From: a virus
Lineage: Duplodnaviria; Caudoviricetes
Length of the DNA stretch: 61,265 nucleotides
Direction: 5' to 3' (one strand)
Virus record (IMG/VR): IMGVR_UViG_3300032164_003159
Location: 1-61,265 of that record
Below are positions 49,715-58,989 of the stretch, in pieces (positions within the stretch are counted from its first letter, which is position 1; every line of letters starts with the position of its first letter). Made by a program: the position numbers and the translations under genes. Below the pieces are notes generated by a model that saw only the letters and a program-made list of their open reading frames with translations, was not told where the DNA came from and made no database searches.

Positions 49715-50613
49715 TTGTTTTTACTAGTAAACATTCTTTTGAAAAACGCTATAATCCTATCCTTATCTGCATACTTATTTACCACGTTATTAGGATACCA
49801 GGGCTGTTGCAACATAGAAAGGTACGCCATGGGATCTTTGTCTATTTGAATGGTCCTGCTAACCAATTGCGTAATTGTGCTCACTATATCTGTGTTTGGT
49901 ACACTTATAAAACTGTTTGTGTTAAACTCTTTTCCTATAGTTGGATTTCCAAAATAAATAGGTATGCAGTTTGCCATCATTGCTAAGTATATCTTCTCCG
50001 TAGTGTATCCTACATTCCCCGTATTCTCAAATGCTATGTTGAATTTGTATCGGGACAAAAAGCGGACTAATTCCTCTGGATAATGCGTAGAACCACGAGA
50101 CTGCTCTATAGTAGCAAATCCTCCTAAAGGTGGAAAGTTGTGCATGCATTTCCCGGGGGCATCTACCTGCGCATACTTACTTAGTGCACGAAATAACTCG
50201 TTCCTAATTGGCACATTGTGGTAGTAAACAAATGCACAAAACTTAGTTTTATATGCAGCGATTACTTTTGGATCGAATGTAGGACCCTTTATTAGCTTGT
50301 CCTGTCCGCCGTACAAAACGTAGTTTGGAATCCTTATATATCTGTCACTTCCTACATCTTCTTCATACATAAATCCTACGGCCCAATCATACCTTTGCAT
50401 GTCTATATTGGAGAATTCCTGAGAGTAAAAAATCTTTACAGCGGATCCTGCTGGAACGGACTGCGCCCTGTTGAAGAAGATTATGTAATCTGGTTTATCC
50501 GTGTATACAAATCGGAAGTGCTCAAACATGTACGGCATTCTATGAAACAGATAATTTTCGCATGTGGCATTCGGAACATCTGACATTAGCAGTTTTATAT
50601 TGACATCTAGCAC
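49711..50613 (-). CDS. Alpha-1,3/4-fucosyltransferase (GT10)
   Basis: KTKFCAFV, YKFNIAFEN...GYTTEKI..A..ANCIPIYFG GT10 motif. Confidence 0.88.
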   Translation of the reverse strand: MLDVNIKLLMSDVPNATCENYLFHRMPYMFEHFRFVYTDKPDYIIFFNRAQSVPAGSAVKIFYSQEFSNIDMQRYDWAVGFMYEEDVGSDRYIRIPNYVLYGGQDKLIKGPTFDPKVIAAYKTKFCAFVYYHNVPIRNELFRALSKYAQVDAPGKCMHNFPPLGGFATIEQSRGSTHYPEELVRFLSRYKFNIAFENTGNVGYTTEKIYLAMMANCIPIYFGNPTIGKEFNTNSFISVPNTDIVSTITQLVSRTIQIDKDPMAYLSMLQQPWYPNNVVNKYADKDRIIAFFKRMFTSKNK

Positions 50614-51067
50614 TATGTAGTCCCAAGACGCGTGTTCTCGTCTAAACTACATAGATTATAGCTTTATAATAGGTACTTATTTAAGTTTTGTGTGGTTCAA
50701 TTAGCTCAGGCATCATCAACATTTCAGGAAGGGAAATGACCATTATGGGATGTTCTTTATTACATGCCTTACAGTCTACAGTGATTACAGCTTCTATGTC
50801 ACCAGTTTCTGGATTTATATTTCCATGCGCGACAAAGCCCTTTACAGAAACTAATGTGCGGGTATCCGGACAAACGAAGGTAAATGCTGCTTGGCGAATC
50901 TCTGATCCTAGATCTTCGGGGAATTTAGTCTCTTCTTTTACTCTGTCACTTAGCGCGATTCGCTCTTCCGGTGTTAACTCTGCGGTAATCCTTTCGTAGA
51001 ATTTACCGATAACAGCCAATAAAACTTTAGACGCGTGCTTACCATCAGGCTCCATAAAACACCTTCT

Positions 51068-51799
51068 TTACAGGTCAATGCACATATTTGGTATAAAGTC
51101 CTCGTTCACCGTTCTTCCTATATACCCAAGCGGATTGCACACTACATGGGTTTTGCCGATGAGGTAATTACAGCTTTTGTGCGTGTGCCCATGAACCCAA
51201 AGTTTAGGTTGGCGGAGATTGATCAGCTTTTCAATGTCACACACGAAGAAGATGTTAAGTCCGTCTACCTTATAGATTTCCGCCACGCTCTTGTTGGATG
51301 GCATATGATGGGTAATAACTACGGATTCTCTATTCACATGCCAATTTAGGAAGCGGCGTGCTTCTTTATTTTCTGCAAACACGCGCGGATGAAATCCGTA
51401 AATCATCTTGAAGTCAGCTAGGAGCGGAGCAAAAACTTGGTAATCCGTAACCTGCTTGAACCAGAGCGGGGATCCTACAAACTGAACTCCGCCAATTTCA
51501 ATCATTTCATTGTTCAGTAAGTGCGTATTCGTATGCCTGGCAAAGATCTCTTGCAATTTCTCATTGGCAGCGTCAAATGAGCTACCATAATAGTCGTGGT
51601 TTCCTGGAACGTAGAGTATTTGTGCTTGTGAGTAGCATGCGGAAAGCAACGCCACGGTCTGTGGAATTGTACTGAGCGTTCCGAGATCCCCGGCAATTGC
51701 CAGAATATCTACACCATCTGGCTTCAGGTAAGAAATAAACTTCTCCCCATAGTCCTTATGGAATTCGGTGTGGACATCAGATAGTATTTGAAGTCTCAT
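51068..51799 (-). CDS. Metallophosphoesterase
   Basis: LSDVHTEF, AGD, VPGNHDYY, ITHH.P, WVHGHTH. Confidence 0.88.
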   Translation of the reverse strand: MRLQILSDVHTEFHKDYGEKFISYLKPDGVDILAIAGDLGTLSTIPQTVALLSACYSQAQILYVPGNHDYYGSSFDAANEKLQEIFARHTNTHLLNNEMIEIGGVQFVGSPLWFKQVTDYQVFAPLLADFKMIYGFHPRVFAENKEARRFLNWHVNRESVVITHHMPSNKSVAEIYKVDGLNIFFVCDIEKLINLRQPKLWVHGHTHKSCNYLIGKTHVVCNPLGYIGRTVNEDFIPNMCIDL

Positions 51800-52563
51800 C
51801 TTCTTTCACTTTTTCTTCGCAGTGCATGTTTAACTCTGGAAAATCTAAGCATACAAAGTAGACTGTTTTCCCGTTCTCTACAGCTTCCTTGACAGAGAAC
51901 CTCGGATGCGGCATGCGTGCTTCGTGCTTGTCCAATTGTGTGTACTGCTCATTTAGATCATGCACACACTGCTGCAGTTTGTCAAGTTTATCTTTAGTCA
52001 AATCCCTCTCCCACAGTACATTATACTCAAAAACAGACAACCTACCAACTGCGCGACAGTGTTGATATTATTTTCCGCCAACTCCGCTCACCCACTGTTG
52101 GAAGTTAGCTAAAGTGGCATCTTCTGGCTTGATTTTTTCTACACGAATGTAATTAGCAATTACCTTGCGTACCATATCCGAGCGGCGGTCACTAAGGTAC
52201 GCCTCGTAAACCTCAAGCTTTCCATCCATCTTATCCAATTCGCGTTGTACAGTATGGTTTGTATCCCGGCATTCCGCCAATTGGCCTTCTTTCAAAAGAT
52301 ACTTGTCGGTTGCCGCGTACAGGGCAATCATAAGAGCAACACAGATTGCAACAGCCAAAAGCGTTACAGCGGCCATACCAAATGCTAAAACCTTTCTGTC
52401 AACTGACTTCACTTCGTCTTTTGCAAGCTTTGCCTGTTTGTCCAAAAACCGTTTGTATTGCTGAACTTCTTCGTGTTCCTCAATTGGAGCCTTAGAGCTT
52501 TTGTCGTCAGACATAGGGTATCCTTTCTTAGATCAATCCAATCTCCATTATACAAATAAGAAT

Positions 52564-52592
52564 AGGACTGACGCTAAACTAACGTCAGTCCT
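52564..52592 (-). terminator. Hairpin terminator after the basic HTH gene
   Basis: AGGACTGACG...CGTCAGTCCT inverted repeat followed by ATTCTTATTT. Confidence 0.6.
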
Positions 52593-52613
52593 AATGTTTG
52601 TGGGTTTACTTGG

Positions 52614-53072
52614 CTAGCGGAGGGCGTTGAGCAGCGCGGCCACGTTCTCGATGGTGCCCTCAATCTTGGTGCCGTCACTCCTGGTCACGTTGATCAGGTT
52701 GGACACCGGGGCGGTCACGGTCCGGGCGACCTTGTTCCTGGAGCCCTGCGGACGGCCCGCCTTGGACTTGTGCGCCCGCTTCGCCTTCTTGGCCTTGCGC
52801 GCCACCTTGGCCTTGCGGGGCTTGCTGCCGCGAGCCAACTTGGGCTTCTCGGCCAGCTTCTTCTCCACCTCGGTCTTGCGCTCCCAGGTGCGCAGGGTGA
52901 TGTAGGGCACGGACACCTTCTCGGCGGCCTTGTCCGTGTTCATGCCTTCCTTGCGCGCCGCGTGGTACTCCTTCAGCAGACTGCGCCGCTCCTTGGGGGA
53001 GAACCGCTTGCTCTCCTTGACGTCGTTCTTCTGCTCGGCCTGATTCGGGTTCTTGTTCTCGTTGGTTTCCAT
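52614..53072 (-). CDS. HTH plus Lys/Ala-rich (histone-like) DNA-binding protein, GC3-biased
   Basis: RFSPKER...AAEKVSVPYITLRTW HTH; KAKVARKAKKAK and GRP.GS.NK; own promoter. Confidence 0.7.
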   Translation of the reverse strand: METNENKNPNQAEQKNDVKESKRFSPKERRSLLKEYHAARKEGMNTDKAAEKVSVPYITLRTWERKTEVEKKLAEKPKLARGSKPRKAKVARKAKKAKRAHKSKAGRPQGSRNKVARTVTAPVSNLINVTRSDGTKIEGTIENVAALLNALR

Positions 53073-53433
53073 GGCACTCTCCTTTTTCGTTTCGTTTTTG
53101 GTTATCAACCTCGTCACAATAATAGTATAAACATCGCTGTGACGTTGTCAAGTTTATTTTGAATAAATTGGAGAGGACTACTAAAGGACTATGCTAGAAG
53201 TTGTAAATATCTTTATTATTTGATGGGTTCTACAGAGACACCACGCGCCCCGAAGAACGGGCAATTGCGTGGGATAAGTTCCTCGCTCGCAATCAGTCTT
53301 TCCCCAGCGTGCCCATTCAGGTTGCACGCGGCCAAGCCTAATGCAGCGTCCGTGCTCATTCCCATCATGAACTTTACTGACGCATAGCACGGGCAACCTG
53401 TGCAGCCGGGGCCTTTGAAAAGGATGTCCATAT

Positions 53434-53706
53434 TTACTCCACCCTACCCGGATTTTCCACTATCGGCGGTACCTTGGCCGGCGCTTTATCTGGTGTACTC
53501 TCTGGGGCAGTGTCTGGTGCTGCTGGACTGGCACCTAGAGCGGTAGTCAATAGCTTAGTAATGTAGTTCTGGATAGTCGTGCCCTCGTCTGCGACCTTCA
53601 TGCGCAGCTTCTTGTGTAGGTTGTCATCCAACCTTATATGGATCTTCTTCCGGTATGCAAACAGAGGCATAGCCGCCTCTACACGAAATTTCTTTGACTT
53701 ATCCAT
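53434..53706 (-). CDS. Ribbon-helix-helix-like DNA-binding protein
   Basis: IHIRLDDNLHKKLRMKVADEGTTIQNYI. Confidence 0.6.
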   Translation of the reverse strand: MDKSKKFRVEAAMPLFAYRKKIHIRLDDNLHKKLRMKVADEGTTIQNYITKLLTTALGASPAAPDTAPESTPDKAPAKVPPIVENPGRVE

Positions 53707-53924
53707 CGGATTCCTCCTTATGTTTCTCAATCAGGGATTTTATCTTGGAATAAGGTATATTGTAAACTGCTGAATTCTTAGCGCAAGGAAGGAATTTAGC
53801 TGAAAACGTCTGGGGTTGACCCACTATACCAATGAGGCATATACGCAGATCGTCATTGAGTAAGACCCACACTTCCTTATTTTTGTTGATTAAATCGGAC
53901 AATTCTTCGAAGGTCTTCATTGTG

Positions 53925-54536
53925 CTATCGAGCGTCCTCAAGAACCTCATATCCTACCACCGCCGATGCCAGCGCCCAACCAAGCAGGCCTTGGTTCTCT
54001 GGATCCTTCACAAAGTTTGCAAATACAGGATCCATGGCGAACCCGGCCTCTACGAGAAAGGCCGGCGCGATGATCCCCGCAAACGGATGCTCCCACATAC
54101 CTGCTGGGTGCCCAATTAGAAAAGCACGGTTTGGAAAGTTAGGATCGGGCTGCTCTACAACGGTAAGGAGCCGCGAAGAGGGCAGCAGCTTCTTTATCAT
54201 AGAGTCAACACGGCGGGCTAGTGCGTGTTCTACCTTATTTCCCTTATGGTGCTCTACCATGTGACCAAATCTGGGATTGGCTACATTGGGGCCGGGCGCG
54301 TTCATGTGCAGTTCAAGGGCGAACGCTTCTGGATCAGCTGCCCGCAGGGCATTAGCTCGCTGATTTATAATTTCCTGTGCTCCGGACACAATCATACAAT
54401 CCCACTTGGCAGCGTGCAGCGTTTTTTCGAAGACCTTCCCAACGGCAGTGGCAAGTTGGAACTCGCTGATCTTATCTTTTGTCTCTACACCGTGACCTGT
54501 ACCAGAGTGGGCTACGCAGTAGATCGCAGTTGGCAT
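53925..54536 (-). CDS. N-acetylmuramoyl-L-alanine amidase (Amidase_3), possible endolysin
   Basis: AH...HG...E, ELHMNA, AFLVEAGF. Confidence 0.75.
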   Translation of the reverse strand: MPTAIYCVAHSGTGHGVETKDKISEFQLATAVGKVFEKTLHAAKWDCMIVSGAQEIINQRANALRAADPEAFALELHMNAPGPNVANPRFGHMVEHHKGNKVEHALARRVDSMIKKLLPSSRLLTVVEQPDPNFPNRAFLIGHPAGMWEHPFAGIIAPAFLVEAGFAMDPVFANFVKDPENQGLLGWALASAVVGYEVLEDAR

Positions 54537-54539
54537 AGA

Positions 54540-54758
54540 CTAATCCTTTCTCTGCCACGAACTCCAGTTGTGTGATGATTTTCCGTGGGCAGTCATCAGT
54601 TTTTTGAAAACTGTCTTACCACATTTTGCACATTTGATTTCTATGTCGGACAGGTCCATGTTTGCAGAGTCTCGCCCGGTCATATCAGAGAAGTGCAGGA
54701 TTTCCTCGCGGAGTGTATTGCACCGCTTGTTCAGGCACTGCAATTCGTAAATAGGCAT
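54540..54758 (-). CDS. FmdB-like zinc ribbon protein
   Basis: MPIYELQC...C....E ... C.KCG. Confidence 0.75.
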   Translation of the reverse strand: MPIYELQCLNKRCNTLREEILHFSDMTGRDSANMDLSDIEIKCAKCGKTVFKKLMTAHGKSSHNWSSWQRKD

Positions 54759-54761
54759 GCA

Positions 54762-55229
54762 TCATCCATGAATGCTAGCGAGCCAGGGAAAATTAACCTT
54801 TGGCATATCGTAATGATATCTAAGCTCGTCTGGCTCTTCAGCATCGTATTCTGCGTCTGGAACATTAATGATATATGCAACATCGTTCCCGAGATTCTGA
54901 AATCCGTGCAGTAGACCAGGAGGAATAGTTATAAGGTATGGATCGCTGGAATCAACAATGAAATCCATAAGTACAACACCTGTTTTCTCATCTGCTGCGG
55001 CAAACCGGACAATACCCCTAATTACCATCATTCTGTCTGTCTGTTTTTTATGAAGATGCCAGGCTTTTATAATGCCGGGGTTTACTGTAGTCACGTAGGC
55101 TTGCCCGAATGGAAGGGTGGATTGACTACCTCTAAGGCATTCTACCAGCGCTCCCCTTCCATCAGCATTCCATCGTCTACGGGATATTTGGATCGGATCT
55201 TTGATAATCTTCACATATGCGTAGGTCAT
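54762..55229 (-). CDS. rmlC: dTDP-4-dehydrorhamnose 3,5-epimerase-like cupin
   Basis: DGRGALVE, KAWHLHKKQTD, IPPGLLHGFQN. Confidence 0.8.
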   Translation of the reverse strand: MTYAYVKIIKDPIQISRRRWNADGRGALVECLRGSQSTLPFGQAYVTTVNPGIIKAWHLHKKQTDRMMVIRGIVRFAAADEKTGVVLMDFIVDSSDPYLITIPPGLLHGFQNLGNDVAYIINVPDAEYDAEEPDELRYHYDMPKVNFPWLASIHG

Positions 55230-55446
55230 TTCGTACCTCCAGAAGCATTATACTTAAAGAGTTACGAAAGCTTCCTATCTACCACATCGAGCTTGTTCTT
55301 TAGCTTTTCCATGCTGACATACCACCAAACTAGCTCCGCATCGTCCTGGCTTATCTCGCCACGATCTATGTGGTCATCTAGTTCGGCACGGCATGTCCCA
55401 TTGAGCTTCACCAGTTTCGTGATTAGCATTGAATAACGTTCAAAAA

Positions 55447-55833
55447 TCATTTGTTACCCCTGCGGAGAAGGTCATCTACCTTTTCGTCTATATGATCTAT
55501 TTTCTGATGCACAACATTAAGTTGGTTGGACATAATCTGCGCATCGCGCACTAAATCGGCACGTACTTGCTCTATGCTCTTCCCCGAATCGGCTTTTATC
55601 TGACTAATTTCCTTTTCGCGATTCTTACCAGCCTCATCTAACCGAACTATTTCTTTTTCGGAAGCCCTGATGCAACCATCACACGCGGCAATAGTGCCCT
55701 TTAGCTCTTCCGTCTTTTCCTTTAATTGATCCTTAACCGCCTGGAATGCCTTAGTGGTAGAAAACAGCTTCCACCACGTTGCCAACACTGTAAGTAGCGC
55801 AGCACTAAGAGCAACAATTTCTTGCATCGTCAT
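55447..55833 (-). CDS. N-terminal TM plus coiled-coil protein (holin/spanin-like?)
   Basis: One hydrophobic helix then heptads; near the amidase. Confidence 0.4.
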   Translation of the reverse strand: MTMQEIVALSAALLTVLATWWKLFSTTKAFQAVKDQLKEKTEELKGTIAACDGCIRASEKEIVRLDEAGKNREKEISQIKADSGKSIEQVRADLVRDAQIMSNQLNVVHQKIDHIDEKVDDLLRRGNK

Positions 55834-55839
55834 GGTGAT

Positions 55840-56235
55840 CTACCTCTCTTGGATTAACTTGAAGATCCCACTAGCAAATGCTCTCGGATGTAGTGGCTTA
55901 TGAAACCATGCACTGGCTCCGTGCTTCATGCTTTCGTATTCTAATCCAATACCCTGTATCGCGGAAATTACAACGATAGGAACGGCGAACTGCGGGAACT
56001 TCTTTCTTATCTCTTTTATTAGGGTCCAACCATCTAAACGGGCCATAAGTATATCTGTAATTATGAGTTCAAAATTGTGCTCTTCTATAAGGTTCAAAGC
56101 GACAACCGGGTCGGCAACAATGGTTATATCAAGCGACCACGTAGATTTATATTGTGTTTCCTTATATTTAGTAAGAATGTCCTTGATCATCTCAAGCATA
56201 AGTTCCTGATCATCTATTACCAGAACTCTAGCCAT
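55840..56235 (-). CDS. Stand-alone response-regulator receiver
   Basis: RVLVIDD, IITDILM..LDG, VISA, GA..W..KP. Confidence 0.85.
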   Translation of the reverse strand: MARVLVIDDQELMLEMIKDILTKYKETQYKSTWSLDITIVADPVVALNLIEEHNFELIITDILMARLDGWTLIKEIRKKFPQFAVPIVVISAIQGIGLEYESMKHGASAWFHKPLHPRAFASGIFKLIQER

Positions 56236-57373
56236 GGCAATCACCAAAGAAATGTCTATTACCTTTCCAAAATTCCTTATACTGTCTGTGCAATGTACTA
56301 GGAAGATGCGGATCTTCCTTATAACGTTCATAATATTCTCTTATGTTCTTAATTCCTAGTTCATGTACTGCGATCATAGCGTCTACAAAACCATAAAGAT
56401 TAAGATCTTTCTTAAATAAAGAAGGGCTTTTCAACCGATTGCATATTGGGCAGCCACACTTCTTTGTTAACTGCCCTAGTCTTTTCCATATACGTCTACA
56501 CGACAGACATTTATACCAATAATGGGTAGCAGAATTAATCCATTGTTTACAAAATTTTGTTCCTTGTTTTATACCCAAAAACTCTAAATTTTGTTTTCCA
56601 GCGTCCTCTTCTGCCAAGCGTATTTCGTCATACGTATGGTAATCTGCGAATACCTTGCTTGCACTTAGGGTAACATTAGGAATGTATCCTAGTTGTTTCT
56701 TTATTCTCTTAATTACATGATCTAGCTTTTGCTTATTTGTATTATTTGGATTAAAATAACGTATCTTTATTAATTTTATCCCTTGTTCTTTACATAATCT
56801 ACATTTTATTCTATCGTTCTTTTGTATATAGGAAACATCTGAAGATCTTGGATTTTTTAGATTCAAGTTTCTATAATGCTGCGGACCTTGGTATTCAAAC
56901 GCTACTTTCAAATCTGCATTGTAACCGTCTAACTCCAACGGTTTACCGGTCTTTTTATTGAATAAAAAACTCGGATGAACAGTATGAAAACGGGCATTAA
57001 ATAAACCTTCAAATATCTTCCTTACGATTTCCTCACTTTTGTGTTTCCTATTACTACACCGTTTGCACCAACGATTATGATGCATAACGTTAGTAGGATA
57101 ACAATTCCATACATGCCCATTTTTACATTCTACCAAGACAGGAACACGCGTACCTTTATACTTTCCGAGAACGTGCCCGCCGAAACTTGAAACAAGTTTA
57201 TTAAATATCGTAGGAAGAGTCTTGACGTATATAGTAACATTATTGTAGCTAAGGATCTTATAAAGGGTACCAGCACCTATTTTGAAATGCCGGTATGTGG
57301 CACTGCTAGAATGTGTAGATTTGTAATAATCACAAATCTCTTTTTGTAATGTTTGAGATAAATAAATAGCCAT
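56228..57373 (-). CDS. Zinc-ribbon plus PD-(D/E)xK endonuclease (homing-endonuclease-like), AT-rich
   Basis: C..GH.W...WC..C, LELDGYN..LKVAFEYQG.QHY; C-terminal Y..RYKEDP.LPS repeat unit. Confidence 0.7.
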   Translation of the reverse strand: MAIYLSQTLQKEICDYYKSTHSSSATYRHFKIGAGTLYKILSYNNVTIYVKTLPTIFNKLVSSFGGHVLGKYKGTRVPVLVECKNGHVWNCYPTNVMHHNRWCKRCSNRKHKSEEIVRKIFEGLFNARFHTVHPSFLFNKKTGKPLELDGYNADLKVAFEYQGPQHYRNLNLKNPRSSDVSYIQKNDRIKCRLCKEQGIKLIKIRYFNPNNTNKQKLDHVIKRIKKQLGYIPNVTLSASKVFADYHTYDEIRLAEEDAGKQNLEFLGIKQGTKFCKQWINSATHYWYKCLSCRRIWKRLGQLTKKCGCPICNRLKSPSLFKKDLNLYGFVDAMIAVHELGIKNIREYYERYKEDPHLPSTLHRQYKEFWKGNRHFFGDCHG

Positions 57374-57442
57374 TATGGTACAAGCCTCCCACGCTCGAAC
57401 CCATTATAGCTTATGCATGTAGTAAGAAATTAAGAATTGTTA

Positions 57443-57808
57443 CTAGAATCTATAGTAGGATCCAAAATGGAAATGCTTGAACTTGAGGTAATCTCTTGAG
57501 TACATAGCCATATTTCTAACCAAGTTATCCGCATACGCCCACGCACGAAACTCTGATTCCAATGTTGACCAGGATCGATCATTCCCCTCTCGGGTAAGGC
57601 ACTTTAGTTCTTTCTTACATTTTTGGAGGGTTTTGGCGTGCCCAATTTCATGGGCCAGTGCAAATACTTTATGGATAGCGCTTTGTCTCGAATCTAGCGT
57701 GATTATCTTATGATCTACAACGCATCTATTTCTACTACAGTAAACTACTTCATATCCTAAGTTTTTTGCTACTCCCTCAAGTCTCTTCAATTCTTGGTGT
57801 ATAGCCAT
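57443..57808 (-). CDS. ImmA/IrrE-like metallopeptidase
   Basis: FALAHEIGH ... E..AW..A. Confidence 0.7.
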   Translation of the reverse strand: MAIHQELKRLEGVAKNLGYEVVYCSRNRCVVDHKIITLDSRQSAIHKVFALAHEIGHAKTLQKCKKELKCLTREGNDRSWSTLESEFRAWAYADNLVRNMAMYSRDYLKFKHFHFGSYYRF

Positions 57809-58148
57809 AGGTTTTCCTGTAGTATCTCACCCGTTGGTAATGGCGTCTACAAAGGCCCTTGCTGACGGGGGTGTCGTCGCAGCCCTTGATCCGACAACGG
57901 TCGCCATCGTGGTACATCTTTGACTTGCCAGAGTGTGCGGAGCGCCCCCACCAATCCGAAACCTCTCCCTCCAGGCCAAGAACCTTCTTGAGCTTATCCC
58001 ACACAGCGTCACCTGGCGGGTACTCACCGCGCTCATAGGCAGAAAGTGCTTGCCGGGAAACACCAACTTTATTCTCCAGCGTGCGTAGAGTTAACTTCTT
58101 GTTGCGCCGTGCCATCTTTAGCTGTGCGAGCTTTTTTTCCAGCTTCAC
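57777..58148 (-). CDS. XRE-family HTH regulator with a C-terminal zinc finger
   Basis: LTLRTL..KVGVSRQALSAYERG..P; C.IKGC...KGLCRRHY; GTG start after AGGAGG. Confidence 0.8.
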   Translation of the reverse strand: MKLEKKLAQLKMARRNKKLTLRTLENKVGVSRQALSAYERGEYPPGDAVWDKLKKVLGLEGEVSDWWGRSAHSGKSKMYHDGDRCRIKGCDDTPVSKGLCRRHYQRVRYYRKTYGYTPRIEET

Positions 58149-58164
58149 TGTAAGCCTCCTAGCA

Positions 58165-58989
58165 TTATACCGCAGGGGTTGGGTCGTTGCATTGCCTACA
58201 TTCCAGCAGGCGCGCATTGGCTAGTTTCTCAAGCTTTACAATACGCTCCAAGAGATAATCGACCTTGAATTGCAGCAGGCCGTGGTAAAGTTCGATCTTT
58301 TCACGCAACTTCTGTAGTTCAGCGATTCTGATGTTTATCGCATTCCGTCGATTAGTTTTAAACTCGGTTACATCTCGATATATTTCATCCAAGCGCGCAT
58401 CCACAGCAGTATGTAATCCTTTATAAATTGGAAGCGTCGTAGCTTCAGAATCGATTTGTGGCATAGCATAGAAATTGCACCCGATGGGAAGTGCAATGAC
58501 TAATGCTTGGATCTTAACAAGGCGATCTGCGAACAAGAATGGGACAAAATCAATAAGATATGGATCTTGAATTCGCACAGGGGATAGCTGTGACAGTAGA
58601 CTAGAAAGCATTTGATTAAGCTGGATCGGTGTAAGTTCTTCTCTATGTGCACAATATGTATCAGCTACCTGTTTTACAATTGAGTGGTCCATATCATTGG
58701 AAAATATTTCTCCCGTAGCATTATTCAATGCCACAGTAACTGACATGTTTGGATCTGCTACGGCAAATTTGTATTGCCCAGAAGACTTCTTTATCTTCCA
58801 AATTTCCTTACCTGTTTTGGCGCTTACTTCGCGAATAGCCTGAAGGAATATCTGGCAATTTACGGCGCTGGGAAGTTTATAACCTATTTTGAATTTCTCC
58901 AATAGTTTAAACACTTCTGTGCGCGTGACCCGGGGCGTTCCCATAGTCCACCAGCAAAGATAACCAATAATTGTGTGTCGATCAGACAT
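58165..58989 (-). CDS. Hypothetical protein (DUF6744-like)
   Basis: G.L.WW N-terminus; helical C-terminus. Confidence 0.45.
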   Translation of the reverse strand: MSDRHTIIGYLCWWTMGTPRVTRTEVFKLLEKFKIGYKLPSAVNCQIFLQAIREVSAKTGKEIWKIKKSSGQYKFAVADPNMSVTVALNNATGEIFSNDMDHSIVKQVADTYCAHREELTPIQLNQMLSSLLSQLSPVRIQDPYLIDFVPFLFADRLVKIQALVIALPIGCNFYAMPQIDSEATTLPIYKGLHTAVDARLDEIYRDVTEFKTNRRNAINIRIAELQKLREKIELYHGLLQFKVDYLLERIVKLEKLANARLLECRQCNDPTPAV

